A DNA stretch of 64,000 bases from Candidatus Pacebacteria bacterium CG_4_9_14_0_2_um_filter_40_15 (GTDB lineage: Bacteria; Patescibacteriota; Microgenomatia; UBA1400; PJMF01). A model generated the notes under the pieces. That model searched no databases and had not been told where the DNA came from. It worked only from the letters and a program-made list of their open reading frames with translations. The translations under genes were made by a program, and so were the position numbers. Below, in pieces: positions 27,992 to 37,100 of the stretch; the stretch's first letter is position 1, and each line of letters starts with the position of its first letter. Location of the stretch: the NCBI GenBank assembly GCA_002788675.1, contig PFRS01000005.1:199767-263766 (forward strand), given 5' to 3'.

Positions 27992-28071
27992 AAATTTAAG
28001 GCGGGGTCTTCCCGCCGACCTGGATCTGCATCCCGCGGACCAGGAAATATACCCTATTTACGGAGGCTCAA

Positions 28072-29223
28072 ATGAAGAAAGTACTATCTTTCATGTTCTT
28101 AGCAGTTTTATTGTCCGCGTGCCGGATCCCCGGCACTGATTTCGTTATTTTCGAAAGCATTGCTGAAGAAAGTAGCGTAATTGTAGTTGTCGAACCCACC
28201 CCAACCCCTAGCCCAACTCCTGTTGTGGCTATTGAAGACGCTGCTTTTCAATGGGTTCCCGGCGTAGATGCTCGTATTGACAATCTGTTCACTGATCCCA
28301 ACCATGCTTATGGTACCGATACCAATGTTGCATGTGGGACCCCCAACAATGCTGATGGGGTTATTATTCCAGGAGATGCTGTGTATTCAGCCGAAGATCT
28401 CCGCTACATGGAAGAAGGTGATCATGATTATCCCAATGATATCTATGTCGATTGCAAAAATTTTATCGGATGGCAACTACGCATTCTTGATCCCGAAATG
28501 CCCAAAAGCGAAACTGCCGAAGCAACTGCAACCCCGGCCGCTGAAGTTGAAAACACCGATCCAATTGGTGAAGAAGTTTTAACCGCTGATGGTACCTGGC
28601 GCGTCAAGCTGTGGCAAGATTTGTCATATGGCCCTGAACTGGGTCACAGCCGTCCTGGCTTCGGAACTTCAATTAATGAGATTGGCATCGCCGTTGGCGT
28701 TGACCTGTCCGTTATCATTGATGGTAAAGAAGTAATGCTCGGTGGTGGATGTAACCAAATCGCCGTTATGCCAGAAAGTTACGCCCGCGACGCGGGTGGG
28801 AACGACTGGGGCTACCGCTCATACCAGTTCAATCCTGAGGTCACGCAGGCCTTGGATGAACTCGTGGTGCTGAACCACGAATGGGCACGTGCGCAGATTA
28901 ACGACGAAGATTGTCCCGAACTGTCCGACGAAGAACTGCTGATTCACACCTTTGTGTTTTGGCAAGATTCTGAAGGCGTAGATCACCTCCAACCATGGCA
29001 AGAGTTCCGTCGGGCAACCGGCGAGGACAATGTCATCATGGTTCACCCGTCTGACGGGGCCATGATCGGTTGGCATTGTGGCGAAGGCGACAGCCAAGAC
29101 AACCTGGCCGACAACGGCCAGTGTTTTGTCGAGGATGTTAACTTCTGGGGTTACCTTGGTGGTGGCGTTGTCCACCCCTGGGAAGGTGAAGTCCCGGCTA
29201 ATACCGTAGACGTCACCAAATAA
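28072..29223 (+). CDS. Lipoprotein of unknown function, markedly GC-rich (putative horizontally acquired)
   Basis: Lipobox LLSAC and SD GGAGG. Codon usage is rich in GCC/GGC/CCC, with local GC visibly ~50-55% against ~38% around it. It has a Pro/Thr linker and an acidic domain. Confidence 0.65.
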   Translation: MKKVLSFMFLAVLLSACRIPGTDFVIFESIAEESSVIVVVEPTPTPSPTPVVAIEDAAFQWVPGVDARIDNLFTDPNHAYGTDTNVACGTPNNADGVIIPGDAVYSAEDLRYMEEGDHDYPNDIYVDCKNFIGWQLRILDPEMPKSETAEATATPAAEVENTDPIGEEVLTADGTWRVKLWQDLSYGPELGHSRPGFGTSINEIGIAVGVDLSVIIDGKEVMLGGGCNQIAVMPESYARDAGGNDWGYRSYQFNPEVTQALDELVVLNHEWARAQINDEDCPELSDEELLIHTFVFWQDSEGVDHLQPWQEFRRATGEDNVIMVHPSDGAMIGWHCGEGDSQDNLADNGQCFVEDVNFWGYLGGGVVHPWEGEVPANTVDVTK

Positions 29224-29370
29224 CCCTTTTCAATTCTGTATACCTATCGCCGCCAGACCACAAGTCTGGCGGCATAGCCAAAGTCAATAATTTTCACAAA
29301 GAATTGTTGCTTTTGACTATGCTCGTACAAATAAATAGTAAAAATTAAGCGCTTTGCGCGGAAAAGTACT

Positions 29371-29598
29371 ATGACAAAAATTTTAACAACACTGTTACTT
29401 TTTCTTTCACTCGTTTCGATGTCAGCATTTGGATACTTCTTTATGCTTACAAAACAAGCTGAAGTAAGAAACCAAGCTATTGCCGATTGTGCAGCAGCAT
29501 ATCGCTACAGCTTTAGTGAAAGTTCAGGAGCTACCATAACTGTTCCTGTTAGTGACAAATTTGATGAATGTTTACAACTTAAACACATCGAAAAATAA
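29371..29598 (+). CDS. Small secreted protein (75 aa)
   Basis: Signal peptide and 2 Cys, with a terminator downstream. Confidence 0.4.
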   Translation: MTKILTTLLLFLSLVSMSAFGYFFMLTKQAEVRNQAIADCAAAYRYSFSESSGATITVPVSDKFDECLQLKHIEK

Positions 29599-29614
29599 AC
29601 ATTAAAAATAAGTT

Positions 29615-29640
29615 AAAAGCCGGGTAAAACCGGCTTTTTT
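29615..29640. terminator. Bidirectional rho-independent terminator (AAAAGCCGG-gtaaaa-CCGGCTTTTTT) between convergent genes
   Basis: A GC stem flanked by an A-run and a T-run. Confidence 0.7.
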
Positions 29641-29667
29641 CGTGTTTTAAACACATTTTCATGGGGA

Positions 29668-31530
29668 TTATTCCCTTACTACCCAATTGTCTTGATTTAT
29701 GACCCATCCAGGAGCTTCTAGCTGTATATCTGGGTTCTCCCAAAAGATCTTAAAACTTACCCAATCAGAAACATCTATTGGGCCTGCTACAAAGCCACGT
29801 TCTGCACCAATACTCTTCCATTCAGGTGAAAATAAAACTGAAGAATCCATCCCAGGAATGCCCCCGACTTCAAGTTGTGTGTCCTTTTCTAGATTCCAGA
29901 GTTCTAACCAGAGCGTATTTTCGGTTCCTTTTATAACAAATTCGGGTTCAATTACTCTGAAAACCGTAAAGATGTCGCCTTCATAGACTACAGGATACCT
30001 TGACCAGAAGTGATCTATGTATGGATCTATATCACACATACGTCCCGGATAGTTTCTGCTATCGACTAAGATGTAGTCTTTAGGCTCAAATTTTTGATAA
30101 TCAGAAATTCTGAGACTAAATGATTGCCAAGATGGACAACTTTCAAAAAAGCGAAACCCCAATACATTTCCATCTCTTTCTAGAGTATTTAGGACAAAGG
30201 GTGAATACTCTTCAAGAATGGTCAGTACTTTAGCATCCTTCTCAATCATTGATTGAATACCGGTATACTCAGATTGCATGGACTCGTTCCAAAGTTCATA
30301 TGAACCAAACGAAGCATAGGCTTGAATGTACTTCCACCAACTTATCGGACCAAACCAAGTTCCCATAAGTATATCTAGAACTAACAGCAACATACCAAAA
30401 AATTGAGCAACACCGCTCTGTTTATATAACGTTCTAACCAAATCAAAGAAACTAGATGCGCCCACACCAAATAATAAAGCAGCTGGTAAAACCCAGGGTA
30501 ATGCATAGTAATCGTGCGTTCGTGTTCCCCAAGAAAGCAACGCTGTCAACAAAATACAGCTTAATACCCATGTTACTAAGACTGTTGAAGAAAATCGTGA
30601 GTTTTTTTTAACTGAAACAAACAGACCCACCGATGCAAAGAAACCGCCAAGTGGAGTGAGTAACTCACCAAATAATCTTTCAGTTCCAAAGGTAATTGGC
30701 CACTGTGTCTCCTTCCAAAATGGAAAATACCCCTTATGACCATGCATAAGCGTAAGAAAATCGGGATCTGAGCGAACCGAATCTGGAAAGGTGGCTATCC
30801 ACAGACGCCAGAGCAATAACAAAAGTAAAGGTATACCCAGTGCAAGTACTGCTTGAACCAAGAATGTAGCGACTTGTTTGTTTTTTCTGGTCCCAATAAG
30901 TACTTTTACTAACTGTTGCAGATGTTCTCCAAAAAGAGCTACAAATAAAAGTAGTCCAAAAAGTACGTAACTTGGTTTTGAAAGTATTGCCAACCCAAAT
31001 CCAAGACTCATCACGAGTAACCACTTACTATTAGTTTTAGCCTTCACCGCAGCATAGACAGATAAGGAAAATCCAAAAAGTGACAGAATATCAGGAGTAA
31101 CCGCTCTTCCCCAGAATGAAAACCCCGGAAAAAACTGCATAGCAACTGCACCAACTGCACCAGGCAAATCTGACTTAAATAACAGTCTGCCAGTTAAAAA
31201 AACAATAACTCCAATGCCACATGCAAGCAAAATGTTTACAAATCTGACTGCAACTAGACCAGTAGACACAGTCGAGACAAAACCAATGATAGCTTCATAA
31301 AAAGGCACTTCTGCTAAAAAATATCTCCCAGTGTTGGCTGGATCTGGGGCATGATAAAAGGTTGGAGCAAAAAAACTAGCTTCACCAGAGGCCAACTTTT
31401 GGCTAATTACCCAAGTATCTGTCTGCCTGAAATTGTGCCTGTCAACAAGTGGTCGCTCTATATTGTAGAGGCGCGAGAGAATACCAGCTACAAAAATACA
31501 CAAAAATACCACCCAGAATCTCTTTTTCAT
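29668..31530 (-). CDS. GT-C fold membrane glycosyltransferase, GT39/GT83 (PMT/ArnT)-like, with C-terminal soluble domain
   Basis: ~11 TM helices over 430 aa. The N-terminal region RLYNIERPLVDRHNFRQTDTW...FYHAPDP resembles the first loop of PMT_2/ArnT-like enzymes. There is a ~200-aa C-terminal extracytoplasmic domain. The start is probably MKKRFWVV. Confidence 0.45.
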   Translation of the reverse strand: MKKRFWVVFLCIFVAGILSRLYNIERPLVDRHNFRQTDTWVISQKLASGEASFFAPTFYHAPDPANTGRYFLAEVPFYEAIIGFVSTVSTGLVAVRFVNILLACGIGVIVFLTGRLLFKSDLPGAVGAVAMQFFPGFSFWGRAVTPDILSLFGFSLSVYAAVKAKTNSKWLLVMSLGFGLAILSKPSYVLFGLLLFVALFGEHLQQLVKVLIGTRKNKQVATFLVQAVLALGIPLLLLLLWRLWIATFPDSVRSDPDFLTLMHGHKGYFPFWKETQWPITFGTERLFGELLTPLGGFFASVGLFVSVKKNSRFSSTVLVTWVLSCILLTALLSWGTRTHDYYALPWVLPAALLFGVGASSFFDLVRTLYKQSGVAQFFGMLLLVLDILMGTWFGPISWWKYIQAYASFGSYELWNESMQSEYTGIQSMIEKDAKVLTILEEYSPFVLNTLERDGNVLGFRFFESCPSWQSFSLRISDYQKFEPKDYILVDSRNYPGRMCDIDPYIDHFWSRYPVVYEGDIFTVFRVIEPEFVIKGTENTLWLELWNLEKDTQLEVGGIPGMDSSVLFSPEWKSIGAERGFVAGPIDVSDWVSFKIFWENPDIQLEAPGWVINQDNWVVRE

Positions 31531-31588
31531 ATATCTATAATAGCAGTTTTTAGCCAAGTTGTCTCATATTTAATATAATCCTATAATA

Positions 31589-31617
31589 TTGACGTATTAC
31601 TGTTTCCGTGTTATAAT
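31589..31617 (+). promoter_or_regulatory. Sigma70 promoter TTGACG-17-TATAAT preceded by ATAATCCTATAATA element
   Basis: The 19-nt block ATAATCCTATAATATTGAC is identical to the one at 32468-32487. Confidence 0.55.
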
Positions 31618-31722
31618 TACCTCAAGTTAAGTAATTTTGCTTGACTGTATATCCTGAAATACTAGCGCATGCAGACGCTGCGTAATGTATTTTAGGACTG
31701 CACATTCACATAGGAGAAAAAA

Positions 31723-32412
31723 GTGAAAAGAATCTTATTGATCCTAGGGACATTCGTTCCTACAATTCTTATTCTGTTCGTCTCATCTGTGGTTTTTGCT
31801 AAACCAGCAGATCTGACAGCCACTGTGTTTGGTAGCGGTGAAACCTTTACCATTACGGTAGAAGGCGGCACAGGCCTCGAGCAAATCGAAGCCTATACAC
31901 CAAACCAATTGGTCTTTACACCGGAATGGACTTTGATCACCACTAATACATACCAGGCCGTGATCACAAGCACTACTGGCTGGGACAGCTTCACGCTGTT
32001 CTGGAAAGACCAAACCTGGGTAGATCAACATGACACCTGGGAAAATAACGGTGACGGTTTTATGGTCCGCGCTCAAACACCGCCGGCACCACAACCAAAT
32101 CCAATTACTGCAACCGTTACTGGTCAAGGTGAAAGCTTTACCATAACGGTAGAAGGCGGGACAGGAACCGAGCAATTAGAAGTGTACCGACCTGATCAGT
32201 ATGTCTTTACGCCGGATTGGACGCTAGTTACAACTGGCACCTATCAGGCGATCATAACAGACACAACGGGTTGGGACAGCTTCACGCTGTTCTGGTTAGA
32301 TCAAACCTGGGTTGATCAACATTCTACCTGGGAAGATAACGGTGACGGCTTTATGATTCGTTCACCTAAACAGGTATTTTGGTCCTTCCTTCCGTTCATT
32401 CGGAAGGACTAG
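31723..32412 (+). CDS. Secreted protein built from two tandem ~84-aa repeat domains; GC-elevated
   Basis: GTG start with SD AGGAG and a signal peptide. Repeat units share TITVEGGTG.EQ.E.Y.P.Q.VFTP.WTL.TT.TYQA.IT.TTGWDSFTLFW.DQTWVDQH.TWE.NGDGFM.R. Confidence 0.7.
   Translation: MKRILLILGTFVPTILILFVSSVVFAKPADLTATVFGSGETFTITVEGGTGLEQIEAYTPNQLVFTPEWTLITTNTYQAVITSTTGWDSFTLFWKDQTWVDQHDTWENNGDGFMVRAQTPPAPQPNPITATVTGQGESFTITVEGGTGTEQLEVYRPDQYVFTPDWTLVTTGTYQAIITDTTGWDSFTLFWLDQTWVDQHSTWEDNGDGFMIRSPKQVFWSFLPFIRKD
31819..32361 (+). repeat. Tandem direct coding repeat, 2 x ~252 nt (~80% nt identity) separated by a 39-nt Pro-rich linker
   Basis: Repeats 31819-32070 and 32110-32361 share an identical 25-mer CTGGGACAGCTTCACGCTGTTCTGG. 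Confidence 0.8.
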
Positions 32413-32426
32413 TTCTCCTCTGTGTT

Positions 32427-32468
32427 AGCCCCCGGCCTCTGAAAAGAGATCCCGGGGGCTTTCTATTT
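32427..32468 (+). terminator. Rho-independent terminator (AGCCCCCGG...CCGGGGGCT + TTTCTATTT)
   Basis: 9-bp GC-rich stem. Confidence 0.65.
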
Positions 32469-32482
32469 ATAATCCTATAATA

Positions 32483-32511
32483 TTGACAAATCACCATTTA
32501 AATGCTATACT
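32483..32511 (+). promoter_or_regulatory. Sigma70 promoter TTGACA-17-TATACT preceded by ATAATCCTATAATA element; near-leaderless transcript for GT2 gene
   Basis: The -10 ends 10 nt before ATG 32522. The track ORF start at 32483 is the TTG of the -35 itself. Confidence 0.55.
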
Positions 32512-32521
32512 TGTATCTAGT

Positions 32522-33382
32522 ATGAAACAAAAAGACACACATACACCAATAATCAGTGTCGTTATGCCTGTGCACAATGCAGCGGCGTACGTTTCCCAAG
32601 CAATTGAGAGTATTCTCAATCAAACTTTCACTGATTTTGAGTTTATTATTCTCGATGACTATTCTACCGACGATTCTCTTACGATTATTAAAAAATGGTC
32701 TAAAACAGATTCTCGCATTAAAGTCATCTCTAACACCAAAAAACCTGGTGTAAGTTCTGCGGCCAATCAGCTACATGCTGCGGCACAAGGAATGTATATA
32801 GCCCGTATGGATGCTGATGACATTTCAGAACCTACTCGACTAGAAGTGCAGCTTTTAGTTTTCAAAAAGTATCCTAAAACAGTTGCCGTTGGTAGCCAGT
32901 GTACCGTTATTGATGAAAATAACGCTACTATTGGTGAAAAAACTTTTCCTACAAAGCCTTCAGACATTAAAAAGATGTCTGGATATCTCTATCCTGTGCA
33001 ACAGCCTTCTGTGATGTTTGCTACCAAACGTATTCCATCAGATTTTGTCTGGTATGACGAATCACTTTCATCTGCTGAAGAACATGAACTCCTCTTTAAG
33101 CTTATGCAGTTTGGTGACATTCGAAACACAAAAGAATCACTTTTACAGTATCGATTACATGCAACTAATACTTCAAAAGTACATCCTAAAAAGGATTACT
33201 CAGCCATCCTGAGAGCCCGAATCACTGGATTCACTACCTATGGCGTACCACTTACAGCTAAAGCTGTAGTACTTAACATTGTTCAATTCATCTTTGTAAG
33301 CCTCTTACCTGAGAAGGCACTCTTTAGCATATTCAGCCTCCTTAGAGGCATGAACAGAAAGGAGACCGCATATGAAAAATAA
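32522..33382 (+). CDS. Family 2 glycosyltransferase
   Basis: N-terminus ISVVMPVHNAAAYVSQAIESILNQTFTDFEFIILDDYSTDDS (GT-A fold, DxD region). Confidence 0.8.
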   Translation: MKQKDTHTPIISVVMPVHNAAAYVSQAIESILNQTFTDFEFIILDDYSTDDSLTIIKKWSKTDSRIKVISNTKKPGVSSAANQLHAAAQGMYIARMDADDISEPTRLEVQLLVFKKYPKTVAVGSQCTVIDENNATIGEKTFPTKPSDIKKMSGYLYPVQQPSVMFATKRIPSDFVWYDESLSSAEEHELLFKLMQFGDIRNTKESLLQYRLHATNTSKVHPKKDYSAILRARITGFTTYGVPLTAKAVVLNIVQFIFVSLLPEKALFSIFSLLRGMNRKETAYEK

Positions 33383-34127
33383 ACAACTATTACCATCACT
33401 CTCTCTCTTTTATCCTGCATATAATGAGGCAGGAAATATTGAGGAAGCAGTAAAACAAGCACTCCAAGTGCTTCCAACTGTTGCTAAAAAATTTGAGATC
33501 ATTGTTATTAATGATGGAAGTAAAGATGCAACCTTAACTATTTCGAAGCGTTTAGCTAAGCGATATGCACCGGTTCGTGTAATTACACAAAAGAACCGAG
33601 GATATGGTGGTGCACTTAAACGTGGCTTTAAAACTGCCAAGTATGAGTGGATCTTCTTTACAGACTCAGACTTACAGTTTGACTTATCTGAACTCCAACG
33701 GTTCATACCACATACTAGAAATAATAAAATTGTCATTGGCTACCGTAAGCAGCGTGCAGAAGGTAAAAATCGACAGATGCTTGCTACTATGTTAAAAATC
33801 TGGAGTAAAGTTATCCTGGGATTCCCTTCAGGTGTAAAAGATATTGACTGTGCTTTTAAGTTAATTCATAAGTCTGTGCTCAACACAGTCGGTGAATTAA
33901 AATCAGATGGTGCTATGGTATCTACTGAGTTCTTACTAAAAACACATTTAGCAGGGTTTACCATTAAACAGCTTGGTGTAACTCATCAGCTCAGAATGCA
34001 TGGTACTCAAACGGGTAATAATCCTATGGTTATCGCTAAAGCCATTAAAGACACATTCGTACTTAAACAATCACTTGTTCAAGAGTATGTCATGCAAAAG
34101 CAAGCACAGCTTGCATCACTAGCATAA
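33372..34127 (+). CDS. Polyprenyl-phosphate glycosyltransferase (GtrB/DPM1/ArnC-like GT2)
   Basis: LSLFYPAYNEAGNIEEAV...FEIIVINDGSKDAT...QKNRGYGGALKRGF...FFTDSDLQFD matches the DPM1/GtrB polyprenol-P-sugar synthase pattern. It overlaps the upstream GT2 by 11 nt. Confidence 0.7.
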   Translation: MKNKQLLPSLSLFYPAYNEAGNIEEAVKQALQVLPTVAKKFEIIVINDGSKDATLTISKRLAKRYAPVRVITQKNRGYGGALKRGFKTAKYEWIFFTDSDLQFDLSELQRFIPHTRNNKIVIGYRKQRAEGKNRQMLATMLKIWSKVILGFPSGVKDIDCAFKLIHKSVLNTVGELKSDGAMVSTEFLLKTHLAGFTIKQLGVTHQLRMHGTQTGNNPMVIAKAIKDTFVLKQSLVQEYVMQKQAQLASLA

Positions 34128-34149
34128 TCCAGACTACAATGGGTGTGCA

Positions 34150-37100
34150 ATGATACAGCGTATTACCCAACACTTTCGACGTTTTTTTACACCTCATATT
34201 ATGCTGTTAGCCTTGTGCTGGCTTGCTATTGTGTTTACGAATTTCAATCCGGGCACTTGGCTCATTGGTTGGGATAATCTCATTCCTGAAGTAAATATTT
34301 TCCTAAACCTGTACAAAACAATCTTTTCTGCTTGGCAAAGTTGGCAAGGTCTGGGTATAGTTGGTGGCATTGCTCATGCTTCAGAACTGAGCCGAGAACT
34401 CATACTTCTCCCCTTTGCACTTATTCTTCCTGGTGAACTCATTAGATACATCTGGACTTTTGCAATGCTGTTAGTTGGAATGCTTGGTACCTACCACTTA
34501 GCACTTTGGCTACTAAAAGAGTCTAAGCATTCAACATGGATAGCCTTAGTAGTAGCTGTAGCCTATACTTTTAATTTAGCAACTATTCAAAACTTTTTTG
34601 TACCATTAGAAGCCTTCTCAACTTTTTGGGGCTTTTTTCCTCTATTTTTATTGACTGCTTTTAAGCTGGTCAAAAATCCTAGCAAAAAAAGTATCTTTTT
34701 CTTTGCGCTGATACAGTTTCTTGGAGCTTCTGCCTTTCACGTCCAAACTATGTTTATCGTGTATTCACTTGTGTTAGGTATTTTCACGCTAGCAAGTCTA
34801 ATCAGCTCTCGTGGACAAAACATTAAGGCACTTTGTGTACTTTGGATAACACTCATTCTTGTGCATTTTTATTGGCTCGCACCAGTTGGCTACTTTACCC
34901 TTACAAATGCACAGCAAACTGTGGATTCGAAACAAAATAGTATTTCCACACAAGAAGTTTTTGAATCTAATAAAGCCGCAGGATCACTTACCAATATACT
35001 CAGACTAAAGGGATATTGGTTTAACTATACAGATAGCAACCCAAATGGGACCCAGTATCTTATGGATGCATGGGAAAAACATACCAACTCACTGCCGGTT
35101 GCTGTGGGAAGTATCTTGATAAGTCTTGTTGGTATTGGGGGATATATTCTCTATCTTAGATCCTTGGATGCAGATACACATGTTCGCACAGAATATATCG
35201 TGTTCTTCCTCACAGCAACACTGCTAGCAATTTCAATGCTCACAACAGGTAAAGGCATAGTTGGGCTAGGCTATACAGTCATTACAAAATTACCGCTCCT
35301 TGGACAAGTCTTTAGAGTTCCATTCACCAAGTGGTCTGTGGTACTTTCACTCTTCATTTCAATTGGAATTGGCTATTTTCTCAGCTATGTTACTGCACAA
35401 AAAAAACTATTGGTTATGGGTGCGACAGCACTCTTTATTGCATTGGCTAGCATTTTTAGCGCAGCGCCTCTCTTTAGTGGCGGACTCTTTTATAGTAACG
35501 TACAACTTTCACTGCCCAGTGCCTATTCTCACTTATTCGAAGAACTCTCAACACAACCAACCACTAATCGGATTCTCTACCTTCCTTTTGATGACTTTTG
35601 GGGATGGATGAATCATGATTGGGGCTACCGAGGAAGTGGTTTTATTTGGTACGGAATAAAGCAACCAATCATTGACAGAAATTTTGATGTGTGGAGTGTA
35701 AGAAATGAGACACTCTACACACAACTTCAACAAACACTCCAAACCAAAAACACAGCCGAGACAGAGATTTTACTTGATAAATATGACATTTCTCTACTTT
35801 TAATCGACACCAGCATACAAGCCAATCAAAAAAGAAAACAAGAAACTGCCGATACTATTCAAGCATTAGAAAAAACTGGGTACATATCTAAAATTTGGGA
35901 AGACGACTTTCTCAGTCTCTATAAAACAACAATTGAATCAGGTGAATTACAGGTAACTCATTCAGAAGGTATCCAACCACTTGAAAAAAGACTCATTACT
36001 GATACTGTGGCATATGCTGGTAGCTACTACTTTGACTCAAATAGTCAGCTGCATCTGCCCCTACAGAATCTACTCACTGAATCAATTTCAAGTCAGCGAA
36101 TGCAAGTTCAAAATGATCAGATTGTAGTACCACTTCTGAACCAAGCATCAAAAATCACCATCCCCTCATTAGAAGGAATGAAACAAATGTATGGTATTCA
36201 GCTGATTGGAAATAAGCTCACTATTGAACCAATCGCACCTCTTCACTTGCTAGATACAAAAACAAATACAACCCGAGACATCTACTCTTTGACAAAAATG
36301 GAGTACACTTTCGATACCTTAGGAAAGAAAATTTATCTAGATATCAACGACACTCTTTTCACATTGAATGAAACTGAGTATCGACAAATTATTCTTCCAG
36401 AAATAATTTCTCAACCAGTTACCATGAAAATATCTAGTGCTGAAGATATTTCCACAGTTGATGAAAATACGTTACAAAGCACTCGATACCAAGAATTACA
36501 TGTCCCCTCAACGCTTTGGCAGGACTTGCTGAGCGAGAAAATACTTGAATCCGGACCAGATGAGCAATTGTTACTAGCAACTCTGAGTGAGCTCTTACCC
36601 TTTGACGCATCAGATACTGTTGCAAATAATTGTGATGCACTTTCTCGGGGAACTACAGCTAAACAAATAACTGACCAACATACCAGTGTGTATACTTCTA
36701 ATGATTTTGGCATCTTCTGTGATGGAAGTTCTACTCAAAAAATGCAAGCAAACCAAGACCATTTCCTAAAGATAACCGCCACTAATACAACTGGCTTGCC
36801 ACTCAGATTTTATATTAAAAATAATGCTACAGAAACTATTTTGCTAGAACAGGTACTCACTGATTCAGCTAACTACTTCTTCGTTCCTCAAGACATTTCT
36901 AACGGTAACCTATCAGTGAATATCCAAAATAAATCCACCGGAACTCTGAGTAAAAATACTCTTATAGACGTCAGTCTCCATGAACTCCCTATTCATTTAG
37001 CACTACTGGGGAAAATTAAAGTCAGTCCAGTCTCTTCAAATGCTGTTGAGACACAGTCAACAGAAGAATCGCCATCAGATCTTTCAGTATCAAAATTTAG

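Noticed and set aside
27759-27993. Two overlapping small ORFs (66 aa on the minus strand, 70 aa on the plus strand) inside the 27.6-28.0 kb intergenic region
   Set aside because: They overlap each other on opposite strands, neither has an SD or plausible start context, and the region is densely packed with inverted repeats. It was interpreted as structured non-coding RNA instead.
31819-32361. Possible CRISPR-like or noncoding repeat array
   Set aside because: There are only two units of ~250 nt each, in frame within a single ORF and encoding homologous protein domains. It is a coding tandem duplication, not a CRISPR array. No CRISPR arrays or cas genes exist anywhere in the window.
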